From assembly GCF_001194135.2 (NCBI RefSeq), contig NC_068992.1, forward strand, positions 4,299,035 to 4,363,034: 64,000 nt of DNA. The letters run 5' to 3'. Made by a program: the position numbers and the translations under genes. The notes under the pieces are model-generated. The model had not been told where the DNA came from. It worked only from the letters and a program-made list of their open reading frames with translations, and made no database searches. This document shows, piece by piece, positions 40,422 to 52,034 of the stretch (its first letter is position 1; each line of letters starts with the position of its first letter). Source of the DNA: Octopus bimaculoides (Eukaryota).

Positions 40422-42203
40422 TAAATGGAGGGAAGGAGAGAGAATTGGAGTGTAACGCCTCACATTCCACACTACTGTTACTCCACTCCACTTCACGCTA
40501 TATTACTTCAGTCCAGCCATTTTACAACACACATCTCTTCACCTCCACTCACCACACTACACTGTTGCACTACTATATGCTATCTTCTTCTAATTCGTAA
40601 AATTTCTCTACTGCAATATTATATTCCACTCTAGCCTACCAAACTCGACCCCCAATACATCCAAATTTATTCCATTCGCTTCCATACCCTTTCAGTCTCC
40701 TTTAGCCTTCCATACACACCAAAACTATTCCACTCCACTTTACGAGAACACTGCTGTCATATAATATTGCAGTAGTAACCAAGGTGAATTAAAACTTCAC
40801 AATAAACAGTTTTAAACTTTACAATAAAGTATATTTTCTTATCTTTTCTTATTCGACATTTTGCTTTCTCATATTTTTTCCTTAACAAAAAATAAATTCT
40901 ATTTATCGAATTCTTGATTTCATTTTCGTGTGTTGAATANNNNNNNNNNNNNNNNNNNNNNNNNNNNNNNNNNNNNNNNNNNNNNNNNNNNNNNNNNNNN
41001 NNNNNNNNNNNNNNNNNNNNNNNNNNNNNNNNNNNNNNNNNNNNNNNNNNNNNNNNNNNNNNNNNNNNNNNNNNNNNNNNNNNNNNNNNNNNNNNNNNNN
41101 NNNNNNNNNNNNNNNNNNNNNNNNNNNNNNNNNNNNNNNNNNNNNNNNNNNNNNNNNNNNNNNNNNNNNNNNNNNNNNNNNNNNNNNNNNNNNNNNNNNN
41201 NNNNNNNNNNNNNNNNNNNNNNNNNNNNNNNNNNNNNNNNNNNNNNNNNNNNNNNNNNNNNNNNNNNNNNNNNNNNNNNNNNNNNNNNNNNNNNNNNNNN
41301 NNNNNNNNNNNNNNNNNNNNNNNNNNNNNNNNNNNNNNNNNNNNNNNNNNNNNNNNNNNNNNNNNNNNNNNNNNNNNNNNNNNNNNNNNNNNNNNNNNNN
41401 NNNNNNNNNNNNNNNNNNNNNNNNNNNNNNNNNNNNNNNNNNNNNNNNNNNNNNNNNNNNNNNNNNNNNNNNNNNNNNNNNNNNNNNNNNNNNNNNNNNN
41501 NNNNNNNNNNNNNNNNNNNNNNNNNNNNNNNNNNNNNNNNNNNNNNNNNNNNNNNNNNNNNNNNNNNNNNNNNNNNNNNNNNNNNNNNNNNNNNNNNNNN
41601 NNNNNNNNNNNNNNNNNNNNNNNNNNNNNNNNNNNNNNNNNNNNNNNNNNNNNNNNNNNNNNNNNNNNNNNNNNNNNNNNNNNNNNNNNNNNNATATATA
41701 TATATATATATATATATAGGAATATATGTATATATACTTACACATACACAGGCACACAAATACATATAACACACTCATATATAACTAATAATATACAAAA
41801 CTAAATTATAGCGAAGAAAGGAGGGAAAAGATGGAAGCTATTGTGAAAAACTAACAAAGACATTCATTACAAATGGTTTATAGAGGTTGTAGACAGAGTA
41901 AGAGGCGAACGAAAAAGAAAGAATTTTAAAACGATGATACACAGCATCAATACACATTCAGGTACTCAAAGACATACAGGCGCATGTATGTATACTTGAC
42001 AAATATTTATACTCGTACATACACACACGTCTTTACTGTATTGATTGATAGCCACCATACATTCCAATACATATTTGCAAATTTAAGCATATGTACAGCA
42101 TTCGTACATAATACGTGCACACACGAGAGCGCACGCACACATACAAACACACATACACACGCACATAATAGATAGGTAGATAGACAAACAGACTGTAATA
42201 TAT

Positions 42204-42267
<64 letters not shown>

Positions 42268-42695
42268 NNNNNNNNNNNNNNNNNNNNNNNNNNNNNNNNN
42301 NNNNNNNNNNNNNNNNNNNNNNNNNNNNNNNNNNNNNNNNNNNNNNNNNNNNNNNNNNNNNNNNNNNNNNNNNNNNNNNNNNNNNNNNNNNNNNNNNNNN
42401 NNNNNNNNNNNNNNNNNNNNNNNNNNNNNNNNNNNNNNNNNNNNNNNNNNNNNNNNNNNNNNNNNNNNNNNNNNNNNNNNNNNNNNNNNNNNNNNNNNNN
42501 NNNNNNNNNNNNNNNNNNNNNNNNNNNNNNNNNNNNNNNNNNNNNNNNNNNNNNNNNNNNNNNNNNNNNNNNNNNNNNNNNNNNNNNNNNNNNNNNNNNN
42601 NNNNNNNNNNNNNNNNNNNNNNNNNNNNNNNNNNNNNNNNNNNNNNNNNNNNNNNNNNNNNNNNNNNNNNNNNNNNNNNNNNNNNNNNNNNNNNN

Positions 42696-42744
<49 letters not shown>

Positions 42745-42745
<1 letters not shown>

Positions 42746-42822
42746 TCATTGTGTATGTGTTTGTCTTCCCATCACCGCTTGACAACCGGTGCCAGTGTGT
42801 TTACGTCCCCTATCTACATACG
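42745..42822 (+). mobile_element. SINE family B internal segment following the (TG)n tract
   Basis: GTTTGTC..CCCATCACCGCTTGACAACCGGTGCCAGTGTGTTTACGTCCCC directly after (TG)n; this layout matches family B as I recall it. Confidence 0.6.
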
Positions 42823-42989
42823 TCGAGATAAGAACTTTGGCACAAATTGGTCAACAGTTGGAATTCAACTTCGGACGGCAACTATAGAAAGATTGCATTA
42901 CAGAATGAATACTCATCCATCCTCAACCTCTGATCAAACACCACCGGGACATATAGTCATTATAGATGTATTATAGTTATGCTACTTAC

Positions 42990-43130
42990 CTCTCTTTGAT
43001 TCTGGGCCGCATGCCCAATTAGCCCCCCGCAGTAGCTAGCATAAAATCCGCACAGAGTGCGGCTTTTCAGCTAGTAATGCATGAAACAATAATCTTTCGG
43101 ACTTCCGGTTACTTCATTTAATGGCTGAAT
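42990..43130 (-). promoter_or_regulatory. Candidate promoter/first exon (ETS, CCAAT and NRF1-like motifs; strong donor)
   Basis: ACTTCCGGT at 43101-43109, CGCATGC at 43008-43014, CCAAT at 43015-43019, and a minus-strand GAG|GTAAGT donor after 42990. Motif coincidence only. Confidence 0.25.
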
Positions 43131-43176
43131 TATCAGGGGGTGCTTTTACATCGCTAAATCTTTTGTCTATCAATCA

Positions 43177-43227
<51 letters not shown>

Positions 43228-43244
43228 CGAGACACACCGAACTA

Positions 43245-43585
43245 ACTTGCCCCAGATGCGGTCAGAGCGACGAAACCATTCTGCACGCACTCGTGCAGTG
43301 TCCAACCATTTCGGACCTGTGGGCTTATGCCGAGCGGCTGCTGCCACGGGTGGGATGAGTCCGCTTGTCGGCCGAGCCTACCCTGAAAATTGCTCCGCCA
43401 CTTTCCTTCAACCGGGAAAGCAAGGCATTCTTCCTCGTACTGGTGGCCATGGTGAAAGAATGTGTGTGGTGGACTCGAGCGAAAGGATTAGAGACAAACG
43501 CTTACCACTCTGGCCAATCGCTCATCAACTTTTTCAAGTACCGCTTGAAAAAGAAGGTGAGAATGGAGAGGCAGGTTTTATCGAT
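43245..43585 (+). mobile_element. Tx1/L1-clade LINE 3' fragment (CCHC knuckle plus C-terminus)
   Basis: (C)PRCGQSDETILHALVQCPTISDLW...IAPPLSFNRESKAFFLVLVAMVKECVWWTRAKG...KKVRMERQ; homologous to 15040-15400. Confidence 0.85.
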
Positions 43586-43717
43586 CGAGACTGACTTTGC
43601 CTTTCATCCTTTCGGGGTCGATAAAATAAGTAACAGACGATTGGTGCGGTCGATATAATCAACTTACTCCCTCTCCCGAAATTACTGGCCCTGTGCCAAA
43701 ATCTGAAAGCAATATTT
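43585..43717 (+). mobile_element. SINE family A 3' part (tail type 2)
   Basis: GACTTTGCCTTTCATCCTTTCGGGGTCGATAAAATAAGT...GGCCCTGTGCCAAAATCTGAAAGC. Confidence 0.85.
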
Positions 43718-45429
43718 TTTAATAAGCCATTTCACTAACTTGGCTCTAAGTCTTGAGTTCCTTCCCCAATTTGTCCCTAATTTTCTCCACAATCCTTAAG
43801 GGCTAGCCTTGCTTACAAAAAGTAAAGGGAACACAGAGCATATCTTATCATTTCACAAATACACAGAAGTTATTCAACTGACTATATTATTTTAAAGTTT
43901 TAAAAGAGCTTTTTGTACTTAAAGTATGTTACTATACAGTTGAGTTTAGATGCTGCTAAGATCCGATCTAACTGATTTGATCATTCTCCTGTCCCTCGCT
44001 TACATTTTTACAGCAATGTCAATTAAATGGCTTCATTTGTTTTTGTTTTTTTCTTTACTGAGAAGTAAAACATCTTTTGAGAAGTGAAAAATGTCGACAG
44101 GTAGGATATAAAGTGAAATAAAGCTTAGAAACCACATATTTGATAAAAAAAAGAGAAATAAGGTAAAATGAAAACGTGAGATGTAGAGATATAGAAGGTG
44201 AGAAAGATTAGAAAGAAATTCAATTAAAAATAAGTAGACAGTAAAATGATAACGGAACTGTTAATGGAGAAATTTTATGATGGCGTTCCCTGTGCCTGGC
44301 TAGAAAATAGAATTTGCTTTGAAATATATCAACACGAAAAGGAAAACAAAAAGAAAATGCTACTATTAATGCAATCTTAAATATGAATCCATAAACACAC
44401 AAGGGATAATTTTCAGGTAATCAACTCCGACATTTAAAACTCGAGTGGAAAGATAATGTAGGTGAAACCATATGCTGCAAATAATGTAAGAATTAATTTA
44501 GTACCCGACAAACAGATATAATAACAGCTTGCTCGGTGACAGTTTTGAAGTATAGTAATCTTTGAGTGCAATAAACTATGGTATCGTTATGTTGTCAATA
44601 AACACAAGGAAAGAAAACTTTTATAAAAGGCTGACGAAAAGAAAAAAAAAACCCCACAGAAAGAAATGAAAGGCAAAAAGGAAAAATATCTTACACTGCA
44701 AACGTTAAAGGAAGACATTTCGTTTTTTTTTTCTTTCCCTCAGAAAACTAAAATTTCTACAGAGATGTGACAGCGAATATTTATATTTCGAAAAATAAAG
44801 TTTTATTAAAGAGTCCTTCATTAATCCCTGTTTCAGTATTTTAAAAGGAAAGAGTTTAGATGCTGACAGATCCGATGGAGGAGATGCCTGGAGACTCTAA
44901 CTCCTCATCCCTTACAGAAAGAATAAGTCACAAAATGAACGGATTGAAGGGGCATTAATACAACGCATTCTATAAGNNNNNNNNNNNNNNNNNNNNNNNN
45001 NNNNNNNNNNNNNNNNNNNNNNNNNNNNNNNNNNNNNNNNNNNNNNNNNNNNNNNNNNNNNNNNNNNNNNNNNNNNNNNNNNNNNNNNNNNNTATATATA
45101 TATTTGTAGAAGGTTGAAAAGAAACACACGAGTTGATATATATGGAAAAAAAGTCAAGGTAGAAAATGCTAGAATAATTTTCAGTACCGGTTTCAGTCAT
45201 TGAGACTTTTCCAACTGTAAGTATAGAAATCATTTAAATTTTGGAAAAATTAAAAGAAAAGTTTTTTAAAAGAATATTTGCATATTGTTCAAATACAAGG
45301 GGCATTTTCCTTGGAAAATGTATATTTTGCCATAAAAGGAAAAATGCTACTATTAATCTATTTTATTCAGGGTTGGCAGTGTCTAACTTGCCTACCCAGG
45401 CAGCACGTCCCTGCTTATACAATATTTAC

Positions 45430-46130
45430 AAAAATGGTAAAACAGCCGAGCACATTAGCAACGCTGGGTTCCCGCCACTTCTCGACTTTTTACTGAGCAT
45501 CGCAGGAAGAGAGGAAAACCAATTTTGATTTCTACGTAAAAGCAGTCAGCATTGAACTCTGCGTACTTTACGTCACTCCTTTCTATCCGTGCCAAAACTA
45601 GATACATGTGTAATGAAATCACCCATACCCAAGACAAGTGCAGTAATACCAAAAAGCGGATTACCCATTCAACACTATTACTTAGAAGCATTGGGAATAA
45701 ATTTTTATCCGGCTTTTCCTCATCAGCCGAGGTCAAAGCTCCGTAGCATGAAGACAAATCCATGAGCAATTACTTCTTGAAGACACACACTTCAATGAAG
45801 AGACAACCGCTGATACGTGCATCTCTGTTTACAGAGGACTCGACACACGTTTTGCGGTTTCAGAAATACCTACCTACAAACTACACCCGCAGCGACCGCT
45901 ATCGAAGCACATTGATCAAATGCTCCATCTGTGACACAATCAATTGCCGATGTTTATATGTTGTCTACCTTCAACAATGTAAGATGTGTGGTGATTATTA
46001 TGCTTGCAACACAGTTCGAGCTTTACACATCCGGTTGAAGTAGTATTTCATAGCATGAGCATTTTCTTGCTGGAAACACAAAGAAATGCTATACCAACAA
46101 CAATACTATATCCGCTTCCATCCTAGAAAC
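45430..46130 (+). mobile_element. Penelope-like element remnant (RT thumb, Cys-rich linker, GIY-YIG)
   Basis: PLLDFLL / FYVKA / RYMCNEITHTQDKCSN, then KCSICDTINCRCLYVVYLQQCKMCGDYYACNTVRALHIRLK, which resembles C..NVVY...C..C...YxGxTxRxL..R of PLE endonucleases. Confidence 0.55.
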
Positions 46131-46348
46131 ACAGCGTAGGCAATTTGCAACTCAAGAAAAAAGTAAAACAAAACAGAAAAACAAAACAAAACAGAAAAGA
46201 AACATTCTCATTCTAAAATCCAAAATTTTTTAAATTTTCGAGATCAGAGTGGAGTGAATGGCTTACACAATCTGTTACCATGGATACCACTATTGCTCTC
46301 GAGACTGCTCCTGGCAATGTTTCTCTTGCTGCTGTAATTATTATCGCG

Positions 46349-46470
46349 GAAGGCGGCAAGATAGCAGAATCGTTAACATCCCTGACAATATGCTTAGCGG
46401 TATTTCTTCCGAATCAGTGCGTTCTGAGTTCAAATTTGCCTTTTATCCTTTCAAGGTCGACAAAACGAGT
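46349..46470 (+). mobile_element. SINE family A 5' part (internally deleted)
   Basis: GAAGGCGGCAAGATAGCAGAATCGTTAAC...ATGCTTAGCGGTATTTC...CTGAGTTCAAATT GCCTTTTATCCTTTCAAGGTCGA. Confidence 0.8.
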
Positions 46471-46493
46471 TAGGTATTTGAAACAGTGCAAGA

Positions 46494-46600
46494 CTAGGGC
46501 TTAGCGTTTAGGGCTAAAACTTAGGTTAAGTTTAAGAAGTGTTAGGGGTTAGTATTTAAAATTAGGGTTAGGGGTGGTGTTTTGTATTTACGGTTAGGGT
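46494..46600 (+). repeat. Degenerate TTAGGG-rich tract
   Basis: Perfect TTAGGG at 46508, 46542, 46562, 46568 and 46594, plus variants. Confidence 0.7.
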
Positions 46601-47611
46601 TCTGACACAGGTATGAAAATTGTAATTACCTGCAAAGACAGTATGAGTGCCAGGCAGAGTTTCATTGTCGTTGACTTCTCTCTCTTTCATTTCCATAATT
46701 TTAATTACATTTTTAATTACACATTCCAAGGTCATATAATACTGCTGATTTCATTTCGATAAATTTTTTCGTCTTTTAAGTGGTTTCATAATGCTTTTAT
46801 TTTTCTTTAAATTTATGAATTTTCTTCATTTAAAAAAATCTCTCAAGGTTTCGTAATGCCATGATTTTCTTATCGTCTACACATGAAAATTGGACTTCAT
46901 GTATGTCAATAATGGTTTTTTTCGATTGCTAAAATTTCAAACATTGAAGTTTGTAACCTTTTTATTACTAATTTCTGTGGAAAATGAACGTGATTTTCGT
47001 TTCGTCATTAGCCAGCAAAATAACATAGATATAGAAAATCTGAACAAAATTAATCAGTACAAACGAAACCATGAATAAACGATAGTTGAAATAACAGAAA
47101 TATATAATTAATAAATAATAAATTCTCTCTTCACATTGTAATATGGTCCCCCAATATTTCTTTATTGTTTTCTTATATTTCAAAACAAGCGAAATATCAC
47201 GATGTATTGATGTTGTCTAGACACATGACTAATAAAACAGTCTAATTTTCAAATATCCAGTTTGTCTGATTTTTATTTTTTTGGTATTTATTTATTTATT
47301 TGTAGATGTAACATGTCTAGACCTAAAAACTATTTTATGACAGCAGCATGGTGATATATATTTAGCTAATGACATCTTTGAATTTATTTTTGTTCTTTTT
47401 GTTTTCCTCATTAATTTGGTCTGGAGGAAGCATCCGGGTCTTCGCTGGCCCCCACCTCCCCCAAAGTCGGTGAAGCAAGCAAGTGTTTATGTTGCAGAAA
47501 AGCCATTGCAAATCGAGGAGAGCAAGACAAGAGACATGAAAGAGGGAATTCAAAGAGGCCGACGAAAAAAAGAGTGAGGGAGTGAGAGAAAGAGGAAGGG
47601 AGAGATAGGGA

Positions 47612-47690
47612 GGGAGTAGAGAGAGTGAGGGAGTAGAGAGAGTGAGGGAGTAGAGAGAGTGAGGGAGTAGAGAGAGTGAGGGAGAGAGAG
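47612..47690. repeat. 17-bp purine-rich minisatellite (GGGAGTAGAGAGAGTGA) x~4.5 in a GA-rich tract
   Basis: Read directly from sequence. Confidence 0.9.
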
Positions 47691-48066
47691 AATGAGGGTG
47701 GAGATACAATGATGGTGAGACATCGAGGAAGAGAGGAGAGGGAGAGAGGATGGGAGAGAAAAGGAAAGAGAGAAGATGAAGGATGAAGATGTGATGAGGG
47801 ATGGAGGGAGGATGAGCGATGGGGAGAAGGTGAGTGAGGGAGAGATTGAGTGAGTGATTGAGTGAGGAAAAGAGAGCGGGAGCAGAGCTTGTCTGAAGAT
47901 CATAGGCTGGAATATGTTTACTTCCTTGAACAGGTAAATACACTCCACAACTGCCAATTCCAATTCAAAGACAACTTCCATTAAATTGATGGTAAAATTC
48001 CGAGGTCGAATTTCGTACCCACCTGGTTCCAGATTCAAAACTCGAAGAACTTTATTGAATTTATTA

Positions 48067-48623
48067 TTGGGTTGTCCGGAAAGTTCGTACCGATTTTTAA
48101 AGGAAAGAAAAAGGTTAATAAATACTTGCCATTACATTTTTAATCAACCAAATATGAGCCATTTTTTTGCCCAATGCGTCTCCATCTTTCCTTTAACTTG
48201 AAAATACCCTCTTCCCAGAATTAAGGTGGTTTCATGGCAAAGAATTCATCAAGGTATCTTTTTACGTCATCCAAGGAATTGAAATTTTTACCATTAAGAC
48301 TATTCCGCAGAGACCTGAATAAGTGGAAATCCGAAGGAGCAATATCTGGTGAATATGGAGGGTGGGGTAACACATCCCAGCCGAGCTGCAGCAATTTTTT
48401 TCTGGTTCCCAAAGAAACGTGCGGTCTTGCATGATCATGTTCGAAAACAATACCCTTCCTGTTGGCTAATTCTGGAAGTTTCTCTCGAATTGCTGCTTTT
48501 AACTCGTCCAGTTGTGTGCAGTCTTTCTCAGAATTAATTGTCTGGTTACTTGGGAGAAGCTCATAGTACAGAATTCCTTTCCAATCCCATTAGACACAAA
48601 GCAAGACTGTTTTAGGGTGAAGT
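48067..48623 (-). mobile_element. mariner (DD34D) element, 5'-truncated, with 3' TIR
   Basis: Single frame LHPKTVLLCV*WDWKGILYYELL...EHDHARPH...HPPYSPDIAPSDFHLF...MKPP*FWEEGIFKLKERW...YLVD*, with 34 residues between the second and third Asp. TIR TTGGGTTGTCCGGAAAGTTCGTACCG follows TA at 48065-48066. Confidence 0.97.
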
Positions 48624-49078
48624 ATTGAGTATTTCTGGAACGTAAGGAGACAAGTTTCGTTCTTAGATTTGGTCTTCAATGCATAGACTGCACTGTGGAC
48701 CCAGAGGCAGCTATAACAAAACCATTATGAAAATATTTAGTTTTCTTTTTTATCAAGATTATAAATTTTCTGCTTACTAATCTCAAATCAGGTAGCATTC
48801 GAACACAGTTAGTAACGGTTCACACTTACGCCTTTCATTTCACAATATCCTGTTTAGTGGTTTATGGTGCTGTTAAGTAAAACCTAACTTTGCTATCGAA
48901 CTATCGACATTATGTCTCCGTTCATTTTCACTATTATGCTTGTCAACACAAAATTGAAATTAATTTTTAAACGTACCGTAGAACATCAGCCAAAAATGAA
49001 GCAAATTCTTAACAGACGGTTTGTGACAGCGAAATGTAATTTGCCAATGATGTGCCGTTGGTGAGTGTCTATGTATAT

Positions 49079-49137
<59 letters not shown>

Positions 49138-49769
49138 TTATTGCTGACTAGTAAGTATCTGAAAATGAAATATGCATTAAAACCGGCCCATCTGAAAGGT
49201 TTTCCAAGGCTAATGTATTTGGCAGACTTAATAAAACCCAGTTGGCTTACAGCCCTCAAACATTTAATTCAACTAACACAATATTGGCAGTCAGTGCATC
49301 AGGTAATTGCCCTAACAACATTTCAGAAAATAAAAATAAAGAAAAAAATCTTTATTTTTTTCATTTAATTCGATTCCTGTGTCAATGATTAACAGACTAA
49401 AATTGCTCACCGGGAACTTACAGACTGAATGTCATAGCTCAACTTGGTATATTAAGACTGTGATGGTTCATAAATATGTCTTCGGCATTTTCGATTTTCC
49501 TTGTCATCTTCAGCAAACTAGTCACCCTTCTATCACCAATACACATCGTTTCTTTTTTTATTATCCTATAACTTAAATCTCTCTGCAGAAATTTAAATCA
49601 TATGCTCGATTGCTTTCTTTGTTCATCTCACTCTCCTCTTCCTCACCCTGTCTCTGTATGTGTATATACACACATCTGTATGCGTACACGTATATAAGTG
49701 TGTGTGTGTGTATGTGTTTGTGTATGTGTGTGTGTATGTGTGTGTGTGTGTGTTTTGTGCCTGGGGAAC

Positions 49770-49945
49770 GGGTAGATAAATTGAGACGCCGCATCTCGTC
49801 TGACAGATTTAGTGCGAATGTGCTTAAATTGTGTTTGTGTATGTATAAATGCATTTATTTCTGTGTACATACACACACAAATACTGTTTATCTAAAACTC
49901 GCACTAACTCTGTCAGACGAGATGCGACATCTCAATTATCTACCC
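49770..49945. mobile_element. Fold-back MITE with ~48-bp TIRs
   Basis: 49770-49817 versus the reverse complement of 49899-49945 differs by 3 mismatches and 1 indel. Extra inner symmetry (TTGTG..TATGTA / TACATAC..CACAA). No TSD seen. Confidence 0.8.
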
Positions 49946-51860
49946 CGGCCCAAGACTTTTTTTAATTTCTTCCATTTCTGTCAACTTAATCTCTCTGTAT
50001 TAACTCATTTTCCTCGTCTCGTTTCTTAAATGAATATATATATATATATATATANNNNNNNNNNNNNNNNNNNNNNNNNNNNNNNNNNNNNNNNNNNNNN
50101 NNNNNNNNNNNNNNNNNNNNNNNNNNNNNNNNNNNNNNNNNNNNNNNNNNNNNNNNNNNNNNNNNNNNNNNNNNNNNNNNNNNNNNNNNNNNNNNNNNNN
50201 NNNNNNNNNNNNNNNNNNNNNNNNNNNNNNNNNNNNNNNNNNNNNNNNNNNNNNNNNNNNNNNNNNNNNNNNNNNNNNNNNNNNNNNNNNNNNNNNNNNN
50301 NNNNNNNNNNNNNNNNNNNNNNNNNNNNNNNNNNNNNNNNNNNNNNNNNNNNNNNNNNNNNNNNNNNNNNNNNNNNNNNNNNNNNNNNNNNNNNNNNNNN
50401 NNNNNNNNNNNNNNNNNNNNNNNNNNNNNNNNNNNNNNNNNNNNNNNNNNNNNNNNNNNNNNNNNNNNNNNNNNNNNNNNNNNNNNNNNNNNNNNNNNNN
50501 NNNNNNNNNNNNNNNNNNNNNNNNNNNNNNNNNNNNNNNNNNNNNNNNNNNNNNNNNNNNNNNNNNNNNNNNNNNNNNNNNNNNNNNNNNNNNNNNNNNN
50601 NNNNNNNNNNNNNNNNNNNNNNNNNNNNNNNNNNNNNNNNNNNNNNNNNNNNNNNNNNNNNNNNNNNNNNNNNNNNNNNNNNNNNNNNNNNNNNNNNNNN
50701 NNNNNNNNNNNNNNNNNNNNNNNNNNNNNNNNNNNNNNNNNNNNNNNNNNNNNNNNNNNNNNNNNNNNNNNNNNNNNNNNNNNNNNNNNNNTATATATAT
50801 ATATATATATATATGTATCTATGTGTATATAAATGTATATATGCAATGATTGACAATTGGGTTGTTTACATCCATATAATGCAGGTTTTCGGCAAAAGCT
50901 ATGAATATAAAAACTAGATAAGGTATTGGTTTAGATTTAGTTCACTAAATCCTTGAGCGTGGGGACCAGCAAGGCTGCATTTTAATGGTGGAAAAAGGTA
51001 AAAAATAAAGGAATAAATAATAGTCCATTAAAAGAAAGTCGTAAGAAATGTCACATGTTGTAATCCATTCTTATCAATTATTGTCATTTCCTTGGTCGGA
51101 AAAATAATTCGGTATTTTGCTTGCTCGAATACATTTTCCTGTGTGACATATTTAAAATATATACTTGAAGCAAAATTCACTTAAAATTCAGGTATTGCAC
51201 ATTAAGAGAGTTCGCTAACATCATATCATACACTAATAAGGCAAAAAGAAATAATACGATTCTTGATAACCGAATCAACGAAATAATACAGCCAATTACG
51301 TATCTTATTTCCATTCAATGGTAACTGCTTCGAAAAATCTGTTCCTATTCAAAGCACTCTAACGCAAAACCTAACTTTAACCCCGAATGGCAGAGATATC
51401 TGCTTAACGGCAAGGCTATTAAAACTTATATAACACTTTCAGAAGTTTAAACAGAATATCCCCCACTTGTCATGCAATCTACGTTTGGTATTTGAAAACT
51501 CAATATCTTGCCTGACAATATTCTATAGCATCTGTTATACTGAAACTATTTTTACTAACAGCCAAAATTACTCTGAAATATTAGCGTTCTCGAAAAACAC
51601 TTGATATAATCGTAACATGCTAAAACATTAAACAAACAGTGTAATGAACGCCAGTTCGATACAGGCATATCATTAAGTAGCACTTTGAAATAAAACGTGA
51701 TCTTGCAACAATAAAATGGCATCTTAAATAGTCATAATAGCGCACAACTGCCTTCACATTGATTCTAATTCTAACCTTATGTACTGTAAATTTTCATTCG
51801 ATACATATACATACATGCATTTCTATATATACATACATACATATCTTATTTCATTATTAC

Positions 51861-52034
51861 CCACAAGGGGCTAAACATAGAGGGGACAAACAAGGACAGA
51901 CAAAGGGATCAAGTCGATTACACCGACCCCAGTGTGTAACTGGTACTTAATTTATCGACCCCGAAAGGATGAAAGGCAAAGTCGACCTCGGCGGAATTTG
52001 AACTCAGAACGTAACAGCAGGCAAAATACCACTA
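51861..52034 (-). mobile_element. SINE family A copy (tail type 3), 5' end lost in gap
   Basis: Reverse complement has B-box, core and a distinct tail GATCCCTTTGTCTGTCCTTGTTTGTCCCCTCTATGTTTAGCCCCTTGTGG. Confidence 0.9.
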
